The notes: a model not told the origin generated them from the letters alone. A stretch of 24,000 nucleotides of DNA from Jaaginema sp. PMC 1080.18 (GCA_035968055.1 JAWQFT010000041.1:4241-28240), one strand, 5' to 3'. Positions 7,261-15,168 are shown, counted from the stretch's first letter. Numbers and translations are program-made.

Positions 7261-10200
7261 ATGGTACAGGCTGTGGAGAGGGCGATCGCGCAGTTACGCT
7301 CTTTGGTACAATTGGATGTACAGAGGGGTTGGCGGGTGTATGAAGGCGATTGGGAAAGTTTGCCCGAAAATATCGAGGATTTACCTTTATTTCCCCCCAA
7401 TGAGAAGGGCTTTTTGGTTTGGGAAGCGGGACGCAAGCCGCGAGGTTTAGTCCAGCGATTTGTCATCCCCTCAGCTTTGCAGCAATACCCGTTACAGGGA
7501 TTATGTTTGCGTTTGGCTTTGACTTGGTGGGCTGAAACTGCTCAAATTTTTGTGAATGGGGAGTTGGTGCAAGCAGGGGATTTGTTTGACTCCTCAGCCA
7601 GGGTTTTACTCTGTCCTCAGATTGCCCCAGAAGACGAGTTTACAGTAGTTTTACAGTTAACCAGTCCCGGTCATGATATCGGGGCATTAATGCGATCGCA
7701 ACTGCTGTTTGAGGCAACAAATCCCCAGGAGATTGACCCCGGTTTTGTGGCAGATGAGTTGGCGGTTTTGCAGAAGTATTGGCAGCAATTTGAACCGCAA
7801 AAGTTAGAGATTCTGGAAACCTCAGTGGAGGAGATTGCTTGGGATAAGGTCGAAGATGCAACGGTGTTTCACAATTCCCTATCTCAACTGCGAGATACCC
7901 TCAAACCCCAGGCAACTTCTATCAAACAGCGTCGGGTACAAATGCTGGGACACGCTCATTTAGACATGGCTTGGCTGTGGGAGGTGTCGGAAACTTGGGA
8001 TGTTGCTCAACGTACTTTTGCGTCAGTTTTGAGTTTGCGTCGAGATTTCCCCGATTTCACTTTTTGCCATACAAGCCCGGTGTTGTACGAGTGGCTGGAA
8101 AAACATCGTCCAGAGGTGTTTGCTGAAATTCTAGCGGCAGTGAAGGGCGGCTGGTGGGATGTTGTCGGGGGGATGTGGGTCGAGCCAGATGTTAATTTGC
8201 CCAATGGGGAATCTTTGGTGCGACAGTTGTTGTACGGACAACAATACAATCAAGAAAAGTTTGGCAAAATTGCGACGGTAGGCTGGTTAACGGATAGTTT
8301 CGGCTTTAATTGGCAGTTACCGCAATTGCTGAAGTTGGGGGGAATTGAGTATTTTGTCACCCAGAAGTTGCACTGGAATGATACCACGGAGTTTCCTTTT
8401 GGGGCGTTTTGGTGGCAATCTCCCGATGGGACGCAAATATTTACGGTAATGTCTCCTCCGAATGTGACGGGGGTGATGGATACGAATCCGATGACAATCA
8501 GCGACTATACGGTGAAGTGGGAAGCCCAGACGGGTTTGCAGGAGAGTTTTTGGCTACCGGGAGTGGGAGATCACGGGGGCGGGCCGAGTCGCGATATGCT
8601 GGAGGTACAGCAGCGTTGGCAATTGTCGCCTTTTTTTCCGCAAGTTGAGTTTACGACTTCTCACAGCTTTCTCCAAGGGATTCAGCAGCAGGGGGAGTTT
8701 CCGGTGTGGGAGGATGAGTTGTATCTGGAGTTGCATCGCGGTTGTTACACAGCCCACGCGGATCAAAAGCTTTATAATCGTCGCTGCGAAATTTTATTGT
8801 ATCAGGCCCAGTTGTGGAGCGCGATCGCCTTCTCTCTCCAACCCAACCCTAATTCACAACGCCAAACCCAGCAAGAGTTAGAAAAGTCTTGGAAAAAGGT
8901 TTTATTCAATCAATTTCACGATATTCTGCCGGGAACTTCAATTCCGGGCGTATTCGTGACAGCAAATCGGGATTGGCAAGATGCGGAAAATTCGGCAACA
9001 ACGGTATTCAATCAGGCGTTAGAGACGATTAGCCAGCTTGTGCAATTGCCGACACCCCCTCACGCTGATGCTGTGCCGATTGTCGTGTTTAATAGTCTAA
9101 ACTGGACGCGATCGCAAATCCTAATTCTAGATAATCCTTTCCCCACTCCAGCCCAGATTATCACGGCGACGGGAGAATCTCTGACAACGCAAGTTTCCCA
9201 AGACAACAAACTGTTATTTCTGGCTGAAGATATCCCTTCAATTGGTTATTGTCTTTTCTGGATAACTCCCCTTTCCAGTCATAATTCGCCCGCAAATAGA
9301 GAATTTGGGGTTAATTCAATAAATTTCACAGTAATTCCTGCAAAATCGCCCGCAGACTCTCCAACAGAAATCAGTGAAACGGATAAAACCTCAAAGCCCT
9401 TCTCCCGCGAGATAGAAGTTGGAAGTCAAGGCAATTACACCCTGGAAAACCAAAATCTAAAAGCAACCATCGACGCAAAAACCGGAGAAATTAGCAGCCT
9501 TTTTAATAAAACCGCTTCAAAACAAGTCCTAAGCGCCCCAGGTAATCAACTCCAAGCTTTTAACGACAAAGGACAATATTGGGATGCGTGGAATATTGCC
9601 CCCGACTACGAACAAAATCCCCTTCCTCTCGCGCAACTTGTTTCTATCTCCTGGCAAGAAAGAGGGAAACTGCGTCAAAGTATCCGCGTGGTGAGGCAAA
9701 TTGGCAAATCCACTTTTACCCAAGACTACATTCTCGATGATGATTCCCCCCTACTCCACATTGCCACCACCGTAGATTGGCAGGAAAAATACGTTATGGT
9801 CAAGGCAGCTTTCCCCTTGACAGTAAATGCCCCTCAAGCCACCTATGAGATTCCCTGTGGGGCTATTCAGCGTCCGACGAATCCCCAAACTCCCGCAGAA
9901 AAGGCGAAATGGGAGGTTTGTGCGTTGCAGTGGGCAGATTTGAGCGATGCTGAGTATGGAGTGAGTTTACTCAACGATTGTAAATACGGCTATGACTGCA
10001 AACCCAATCAAATCCGCTTGACTTTACTCCGCAGTCCGCAATGGCCGCATCCAGAATGCGATCGCGCTCTCCACCATTTCACCTACACCATATATCCCCA
10101 CACTGGCTCTTGGCAAGAAGCCCAAACCGTCCGCAAAGCCTACGAATTAAACCAACCCCTCCAGAGTCAAATCCTCTCCCAAACGCCAGAGGATGCCTCT

Positions 10201-10458
10201 CTGCCACCGCAAAATAGTTTTTTGGAACTTCAAGGGGAAACTGCCGTTTTAATGACGTTGAAACCCGCCGAAACCAATCACGAAACCCTGATTTTGCGCT
10301 GCTATGAAAGTTGTGGAGAAGCAGCCAATTTATCTTTAGGGGGGGATTTGGGGCTAAAACTCGGTCAATCTCTCGATGGCCTCGAACGCCCCTTAGAGGG
10401 TAAGGATGGTCATCATCTCTCACCGTGGCAAATTGCGACTTTTCGCTTGCAGAAATAA
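7261..10458 (+). CDS. Glycoside hydrolase family 38 alpha-mannosidase
   Basis: 1065 aa. The N-terminal catalytic region GHAHLDMAWLW...WWDVVGGMWVEPDVNLPNGESLVRQLLYGQ...GWLTDSFGF...GVGDHGGGP and the central/C-terminal GH38 domains (LELHRGCYT, FHDILPGTSI) are recognisable. No signal peptide. Confidence 0.93.
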   Translation: MVQAVERAIAQLRSLVQLDVQRGWRVYEGDWESLPENIEDLPLFPPNEKGFLVWEAGRKPRGLVQRFVIPSALQQYPLQGLCLRLALTWWAETAQIFVNGELVQAGDLFDSSARVLLCPQIAPEDEFTVVLQLTSPGHDIGALMRSQLLFEATNPQEIDPGFVADELAVLQKYWQQFEPQKLEILETSVEEIAWDKVEDATVFHNSLSQLRDTLKPQATSIKQRRVQMLGHAHLDMAWLWEVSETWDVAQRTFASVLSLRRDFPDFTFCHTSPVLYEWLEKHRPEVFAEILAAVKGGWWDVVGGMWVEPDVNLPNGESLVRQLLYGQQYNQEKFGKIATVGWLTDSFGFNWQLPQLLKLGGIEYFVTQKLHWNDTTEFPFGAFWWQSPDGTQIFTVMSPPNVTGVMDTNPMTISDYTVKWEAQTGLQESFWLPGVGDHGGGPSRDMLEVQQRWQLSPFFPQVEFTTSHSFLQGIQQQGEFPVWEDELYLELHRGCYTAHADQKLYNRRCEILLYQAQLWSAIAFSLQPNPNSQRQTQQELEKSWKKVLFNQFHDILPGTSIPGVFVTANRDWQDAENSATTVFNQALETISQLVQLPTPPHADAVPIVVFNSLNWTRSQILILDNPFPTPAQIITATGESLTTQVSQDNKLLFLAEDIPSIGYCLFWITPLSSHNSPANREFGVNSINFTVIPAKSPADSPTEISETDKTSKPFSREIEVGSQGNYTLENQNLKATIDAKTGEISSLFNKTASKQVLSAPGNQLQAFNDKGQYWDAWNIAPDYEQNPLPLAQLVSISWQERGKLRQSIRVVRQIGKSTFTQDYILDDDSPLLHIATTVDWQEKYVMVKAAFPLTVNAPQATYEIPCGAIQRPTNPQTPAEKAKWEVCALQWADLSDAEYGVSLLNDCKYGYDCKPNQIRLTLLRSPQWPHPECDRALHHFTYTIYPHTGSWQEAQTVRKAYELNQPLQSQILSQTPEDASLPPQNSFLELQGETAVLMTLKPAETNHETLILRCYESCGEAANLSLGGDLGLKLGQSLDGLERPLEGKDGHHLSPWQIATFRLQK

Positions 10459-10490
10459 TGTGGCGAGATGACAATCCCGCCAAAACTATT

Positions 10491-10631
10491 CTAGTCTTCG
10501 TGGTCTTCAAACGGGTCGCTTAATTCGGCAGAAGGTGCGCCAAAGGCAGTATAAATGGCGTATCCGGTAAAAGCGATCAAAGAAACGGCAATTGTACCGC
10601 CCACAAGGGTTGCTGTATCTAAATTTTCCAT
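10491..10631 (-). CDS. psbN: Photosystem II assembly protein PsbN
   Basis: Hand translation of the minus strand gives [46 protein letters not shown] (46 aa, ATG 10631, TAG 10493-10491). This matches the conserved PsbN pattern (..FTGYA.YTAFG.PS..L.DPFE.H.D). It is too short for the ORF track. Confidence 0.9.
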   Translation of the reverse strand: MENLDTATLVGGTIAVSLIAFTGYAIYTAFGAPSAELSDPFEDHED

Positions 10632-10859
10632 GTTTTTGTATAAGAATGGGTATGATAACGATTATTTCTTTATGTTACAACAGGTTAAGTCATCAACGTG
10701 GCGGACGGAATCGCGGTTAAAGCGATAATGGTAAGGGATTATGGTATCTTTATGTTTATATCGTTGGGCGATCGCGTCCCACGGAGAAGTTCATCATTCC
10801 CCGCGAAAACGCCCACAAGATTAACAAACTGTAACTAGATTTTCATTTTTGGTGAGATT

Positions 10860-11063
10860 ATGGCACAACGCACTCGGTTGGGAGAAATCCTCAGACCCCT
10901 CAATTCGGAATATGGTAAAGTATCTCCCGGTTGGGGAACAACCCCGGTTATGGGCATATTTATGCTTTTGTTTTTCGTCTTTTTGCTAATTATCCTGCAA
11001 ATTTATAACTCTGACTTGTTATTAAACAACGTTGATGTCGATTGGCGTAGTTTAGGTCAATAA
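10860..11063 (+). CDS. psbH: Photosystem II reaction centre protein H
   Basis: [32 protein letters not shown]...[10 protein letters not shown] is near-identical to known cyanobacterial PsbH. Confidence 0.96.
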   Translation: MAQRTRLGEILRPLNSEYGKVSPGWGTTPVMGIFMLLFFVFLLIILQIYNSDLLLNNVDVDWRSLGQ

Positions 11064-11103
11064 ATCTTTCGTCACCCCAGAAAGATTCACAACAATTCAG
11101 TAT

Positions 11104-11128
11104 CCCGGCTTTGTCCGGGTCTTTTTTT
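11104..11128 (+). terminator. Rho-independent terminator candidate after psbH
   Basis: CCCGG (11104-11108) / CCGGG (11115-11119) stem with a 6-nt loop, followed by TCTTTTTTT. An additional 8-bp hairpin AATCTTTC/GAAAGATT at 11063-11087 precedes it. Confidence 0.65.
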
Positions 11129-11168
11129 AGACATAATAGTGGCAAGACGCAAGCGAGGACGACGCGAA

Positions 11169-11456
11169 ATGAATATTTTTGGTATGGGTTTACCCGAAAT
11201 TATGCTGATTATGGTAATTGCTCTTTTGGTCTTCGGGCCGAAAAAATTACCCGAAATTGGTCGTAGTTTAGGAAAAGCAATTCGCGGTTTCCAAGACGCA
11301 TCCAATGAGTTTCAAAATGAGTTTAAGCGCGAAGCGGCTCAATTGGAAGAATCCGTAAAAATGAAAGCGGAGTTAGAAGAATCGCAATCAAAAGACAAAG
11401 AAGCTACAACTGTCGCTTCTGAAGAAGAAACCGCAGGAACATCGCAACAAGGTTGA
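11169..11456 (+). CDS. tatA: Twin-arginine translocase subunit TatA/E
   Basis: MNIFGMGLPEIMLIMVIALLVFGPKKLPEIGRSLGKAIRGFQ is the canonical TatA TM plus amphipathic helix. GAGGA lies 9 nt upstream of ATG 11169. The track start at 11139 is a GTG extension. Confidence 0.9.
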   Translation: MNIFGMGLPEIMLIMVIALLVFGPKKLPEIGRSLGKAIRGFQDASNEFQNEFKREAAQLEESVKMKAELEESQSKDKEATTVASEEETAGTSQQG

Positions 11457-11506
11457 GTTTTGTTGGTTGTTTGTTATTAGTTGTTGGTTGTTGGTTGTTG
11501 GTTATT
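11451..11506. repeat. TTGGTTG-family heptamer array overlapping the tatA stop
   Basis: About 8 heptamers (GGTTGTT/GGTTATT phase) running from the tatA TGA (11454-11456) onward. Confidence 0.85.
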
Positions 11507-11683
11507 CGTCAAAATTCCAATTTCTTCCTACTTCTCCCTCTCTCCCAAACTGATGACTCTCTTTGAAACGTTAAATCCAACTTTTGAAGTTGAAACCCTT
11601 ATTTGATATGCTTTTGAGCCATTTTGAAAATCAACCCTAAAAGCCAAAGTTTCTGACCTCCTTTCTAGGGCATTCATTCCACT

Positions 11684-11762
11684 CCCCCCCCAATCCCGAC
11701 TGCCCACTGCCCCTTAGTCGCTGTTAACTGAAAATCCCACTCCCCAAAACTGATAAGTCTGC
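11684..11762. repeat. C-tract/heptamer module with the conserved core (reverse orientation) abutting the lptF/G-family stop
   Basis: C8-AAT-CCC-GACTG-CCC-ACTG-CCCC, then TTAGTCG-CTGTTAACTGAA, then ..CCCACTCCCCAAAACTGATAAG. The reverse complement contains TTCAGTTAACAG-CGAC-TAAGGGGCAG-TGGGCAGTCGGG. Confidence 0.85.
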
Positions 11763-12917
11763 TTACTGCGCCGATTTAACTAATAAACCCAGACCAATCG
11801 CTAAACCAAATCCATTGGCAATCCAAGCTGCCAACAAGGGAGGCAAAACTCCCACCGATCCCATTGCCGTCATGACGAAGTTGAGGACATAATAGATAAA
11901 AACCACAGCTACCGCGACACTAAAACTTGCAGCCCGTCCGGTTTGTTGAGGTCGTGTCCCAATCGCTGCACCCAAAAGACAGAAAACGACACAAACAAAG
12001 GGAAATGCGATCGCGCGGTGAATGCGAGCTTGCAGTTGTAAAATACCTTTCTCATCATTCGCCACCTGCAACACATCCAAATATTCTATCGCTTGCCGGA
12101 TATTCATTTCGCTAGGATCGATGTTTCGTTGAGCGAAGTCGAGGGGGGCTTTGGGCAGTTGCAATAGTTGGCGATCGAAGCGCAGAATATTACGATACGA
12201 GCCATCCGGGGCAATCAAGTAAATAGTACCGTCGTTGAAGTCCCATTTATTTTCCCGGAGATTCCAAGATGCAGATTGAGCGGTGATAATCTGGTCTACG
12301 CCTTTTTGAGAGCGGTCGAGAATTGTTAAACCGTACATTTCTCGTCCGTTGAATTGCTCGGCATAAAATAAGCGACTGAGGACTTTACGCCCCTCGCCGT
12401 CTTCGTCTTGCACTTCGGTATACTCCGGGTAAAAGATATTGCTTTCTTTGAAGGTGGGGTTATCTTCACCGAGGGCTTTCTCTAAAATAACGGCGGCTTG
12501 ATAATTAGCCGACTGGACAATATATTCGTTGAAGGCAAAGGTTAATCCTGTGACAAATAAGCTAAAAATTAGAGCAGGTGTCACAATGCGATACACGCTC
12601 ACTCCGATGCTGCGTAAGGCAATTAATTCGCTTTGGGTGGATAAGCGACTATAAGCCATCAATGTCGCCAGCAATATCGATACGGGGAAGGCATAAGCGA
12701 CGAATTGCGGCAGTTTCAGGAAAATGTACTGTAAGGCGACACTAATGAGTAAGCCAGCTTCAGTGATTTGGCGCACGATGTCGAAAATTGTCCCGGCAGC
12801 CAAGCCTAATGAAGAGACTAAGCCGACAATGAATAAAAAGGGCAAGACAATCTCTGTGGCGATGTAACGATCGAGTAGAGAAAAGCCCCAAAGACCTTTG
12901 GTTGAGAGTTTGGGCAT
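11763..12917 (-). CDS. LptF/LptG family LPS export permease (YjgP/YjgQ)
   Basis: 384 aa. The N-terminus ..LLDRYIATEIVLPFLF.. is the family hallmark. TM helices flank a periplasmic beta-jellyroll-like insert. It lies downstream of lptB. Confidence 0.9.
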   Translation of the reverse strand: MPKLSTKGLWGFSLLDRYIATEIVLPFLFIVGLVSSLGLAAGTIFDIVRQITEAGLLISVALQYIFLKLPQFVAYAFPVSILLATLMAYSRLSTQSELIALRSIGVSVYRIVTPALIFSLFVTGLTFAFNEYIVQSANYQAAVILEKALGEDNPTFKESNIFYPEYTEVQDEDGEGRKVLSRLFYAEQFNGREMYGLTILDRSQKGVDQIITAQSASWNLRENKWDFNDGTIYLIAPDGSYRNILRFDRQLLQLPKAPLDFAQRNIDPSEMNIRQAIEYLDVLQVANDEKGILQLQARIHRAIAFPFVCVVFCLLGAAIGTRPQQTGRAASFSVAVAVVFIYYVLNFVMTAMGSVGVLPPLLAAWIANGFGLAIGLGLLVKSAQ

Positions 12918-13066
12918 TTTTTCAGTTATCAGCCTCTAAGGGGCAGTAGGGATTGGGCAGTGGGCAGTCGGGGGATTGGGGAGTGGGCAGTAGGCAGTGG
13001 GCAATCGGCAATTGGTAAAGAGGGATTGTGATGAATAACAAACAACCAACAACCAACAACCAATAA
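12918..13066. repeat. Composite heptamer-repeat (STRR-like) element filling the whole lptB to lptF/G spacer
   Basis: TTCAGTTATCAG-CCTC-TAAGGGGCAG (12921-12946), 10 TGGGCAG-type units (12947-13018), an 18-nt linker, and AACAAAC AACCAAC AACCAAC AACCAAT (13037-13064). Confidence 0.9.
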
Positions 13067-13795
13067 CTACAATTGAAAATCCTCTCCCAAATAGTATTGT
13101 CTGACTAAGGGGTCGTTGTAAAGTTCGGCGGTAGTGCCAGCCGCGAGAATTTGGCCGTCGCGCATGATGTAGGCGCGATCGACGATGGCGAGGGTTTCGC
13201 GCACGTTATGATCGGTGATGAGGATGCCCATATTGCGATCGCGTAGTTGGGCGACTAATTTCTGTATCTCAGACACCGCAATGGGATCGACCCCCGCAAA
13301 GGGTTCATCGAGTAGTAAAAAATCCGGCCCGCTAATTCCTACGGCTAAAGCCCTGGCGATTTCGGTACGTCGTCTTTCTCCCCCGGAAACTTGACCTCCT
13401 TGGGTGTCCATGACTTTCTGGAGGCGGAATTCGTCGATTAATTCGTGCATTCTGACGCTGTATTGCGATCGCGGTATGCCACTCTGCTCTAATACGAGTA
13501 AGAGGTTCTCTTTGACGCTGAGGTTACGGAAGATGCTGGCTTGCTGGGGTAAATAGCCAATTCCCAGATGAGCGCGTTGATTAATCGGTAATTGGGTCAC
13601 TTCTCGCTCATTTAGCCACACCGTACCGCGATCGGGTTTTACGAGGCCCGTGGCAATGTAAAATGTAGTGGTTTTCCCCGCACCATTCGGCCCGAGTAAT
13701 CCGACAATTTCCCCCTGGGAAACGCTGAGATTTACCCGATTAACCACCGCCCGTTTGCCGTAGGATTTATGAATATTTTTGAGGGTAATCGTCAC
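13067..13795 (-). CDS. lptB: LPS export ABC transporter ATP-binding protein LptB
   Basis: 242 aa. Walker A GPNGAGKTT, signature VSGGERRR, Walker B LLLDEPFAGVDP, and an LptB-type C-terminus. The neighbouring lptA-like and lptF/G genes fit this call. Confidence 0.93.
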   Translation of the reverse strand: MTITLKNIHKSYGKRAVVNRVNLSVSQGEIVGLLGPNGAGKTTTFYIATGLVKPDRGTVWLNEREVTQLPINQRAHLGIGYLPQQASIFRNLSVKENLLLVLEQSGIPRSQYSVRMHELIDEFRLQKVMDTQGGQVSGGERRRTEIARALAVGISGPDFLLLDEPFAGVDPIAVSEIQKLVAQLRDRNMGILITDHNVRETLAIVDRAYIMRDGQILAAGTTAELYNDPLVRQYYLGEDFQL

Positions 13796-13804
13796 GGTAA
13801 GTCC

Positions 13805-14344
13805 CTATTCACTGACGGGGGTTTTGAAAGCGGGTTTGGGGTTAAAGGGGGCAGTTGCCGGGGCAGCAGCCGGGGTTGTGGGTGCGTCGGGATCGGAGAG
13901 CATATAGGTAGACTCGACCTGACGATTGTTTTGCGGTACAGCCACGAAACGCTGCTCGTTGACGAGATAGGTAACTGTTTCAGCCCGAATGCTGTTGCCC
14001 CCTTGTTGTTGGACGTAGACATTCCCCGTCAATATAATTTTATTTTCATTTTGGAAATACTGGGCTTGGGCGGCGGTGGCTGTCATTTGCCGCGCGGGGT
14101 AGTTAATCACGACGTTACCAATAGCGGTGACGACTCCCGTTAAGCGATTGGCTTCTTGGACATCCGAGGTGATGGTGATGGGTCTTGCGCCGCCACTTTG
14201 AGCGCGAGCGTTGTTAGAATCGAGTTGGGGAGACAGTAAAAGTGCTGACGCGATCGCCACAGGAATGACTAACCCGCGTCTAATGGTTTTGGGGAATAAA
14301 GGCATTTTCATGGGGTTTAAAAGTTGCGATTTTAGAGATGTCAT
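13805..14344 (-). CDS. LptA/OstA-family periplasmic LPS transport protein
   Basis: An OstA-like beta-jellyroll repeat pattern (ITITSDVQEAN..TGVVTAIGNVVINYP...AQYFQNENKIILTGNVYVQQ.G.SIRAETVTY) follows the signal peptide MKMPLFPKTIRRGLVIPVAIASALLL..ARA/QS. The start is uncertain: ATG 14344, ATG 14311/14305, or the track's TTG 14410. Confidence 0.75.
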   Translation of the reverse strand: MTSLKSQLLNPMKMPLFPKTIRRGLVIPVAIASALLLSPQLDSNNARAQSGGARPITITSDVQEANRLTGVVTAIGNVVINYPARQMTATAAQAQYFQNENKIILTGNVYVQQQGGNSIRAETVTYLVNEQRFVAVPQNNRQVESTYMLSDPDAPTTPAAAPATAPFNPKPAFKTPVSE

Positions 14345-14475
14345 AACAATTTTAGCCTCTTGGCATAGTCTATCAATTTCTAATTTGTTCGGTCGGGATG
14401 GTTTTCGCAAAATTGTCCCGATTTGTCTGGAGATGACCTGAAAAATCCATTACCCATTATTGATTTTTAGAGATT

Positions 14476-15114
14476 ATGGCGGCATTTTCCGGCTTATCAG
14501 GTGGTATTGTTACCTTACCGTTACTAGCTTCTTCTTTAGTTTCTCTTACTCTCATTGGAGAGCGTTTGTGGTTTTGGACAAAGCTCCATCGCCGTCAGCG
14601 TCGTCTGGCGCGGGAAGTATTGTTATCTTACCCAGATCGGACGCAATTTATTCTTCAAAAGTTGCGCCAAAATTCCGATTTACCTATCGCTAGGATATCT
14701 CTCAAAGCCCTCAGTCGCGATCGCCTTTCTCCCGACGAGTTCCGCCTTGCCCTCGAAAGTGCCGCCCAAGCTGAAATTCCCCTGCTACGCCGCTTTAATA
14801 CGATTTTTGAAACAATTATCACTACTGCACCGTTACTGGGGCTTCTAGGTACGATTTTGGGCTTGATTGCGGCGTTTTCAGCCCTGAATCTGGGAGATAT
14901 TGCTAACAGCGAAACTTTGGAGGTAACGACGGGAATTAGCGAGGCATTAGTTTCGACAGTTTTAGGTTTAATTGTGGCGATTTTTACGTTGATTTTTGCT
15001 AATTTATTTCGCGGCTTTTATCGTCGTCAAATTGCTTTTTTACAGGAATATGGCGGCGAGTTGGAGTTGTTACATCGCCAAAGTCAAAAGGTCGTTAAAA
15101 GTTCTAAGTCTTAA
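14476..15114 (+). CDS. MotA/TolQ/ExbB family proton-channel protein
   Basis: 212 aa with three TM segments and the conserved region APLLGLLGTILGLI..F....TGISEALVSTVLGLIVAI. Confidence 0.87.
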   Translation: MAAFSGLSGGIVTLPLLASSLVSLTLIGERLWFWTKLHRRQRRLAREVLLSYPDRTQFILQKLRQNSDLPIARISLKALSRDRLSPDEFRLALESAAQAEIPLLRRFNTIFETIITTAPLLGLLGTILGLIAAFSALNLGDIANSETLEVTTGISEALVSTVLGLIVAIFTLIFANLFRGFYRRQIAFLQEYGGELELLHRQSQKVVKSSKS

Positions 15115-15168
15115 TTGTTCGGAGTAAGGGCTGGCGATGCCCACCCTACATCTTTCCCCATTTCCCAA

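Noticed and set aside
9286-9354. 9-nt direct repeat TCGCCCGCA (9286-9294 and 9346-9354) inside GH38 as insertion scars
   Set aside because: It is short and in frame (SPA...SPA) within a low-complexity segment. Chance or compositional repetition is as likely, and I have no alignment to show an insertion.
10459-10490. Weak hairpin TGGCG(10461-10465)/CGCCA(10478-10482) between the GH38 and psbN stops as a bidirectional terminator
   Set aside because: The stem is only 5 bp with a 12-nt loop and no flanking T-runs, which is too weak to call.
10079-10510. 143-aa minus-strand ORF
   Set aside because: It overlaps the 3' end of the well-supported GH38 gene in antisense, and overlaps psbN out of frame. 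The real minus-strand gene here is the 46-codon psbN.
13769-14143. ORFs 13769..14143 (+) and 13792..14022 (-)
   Set aside because: Both are alternative frames or strands over the LptA/OstA-like gene. They have no recognisable motifs and a Gly/Arg/Pro-rich composition.
14460-14848. ORFs 14460..14693 (+) and 14555..14848 (+)
   Set aside because: They are out-of-frame overlaps of the MotA/TolQ/ExbB-family gene, whose frame carries the family motifs.
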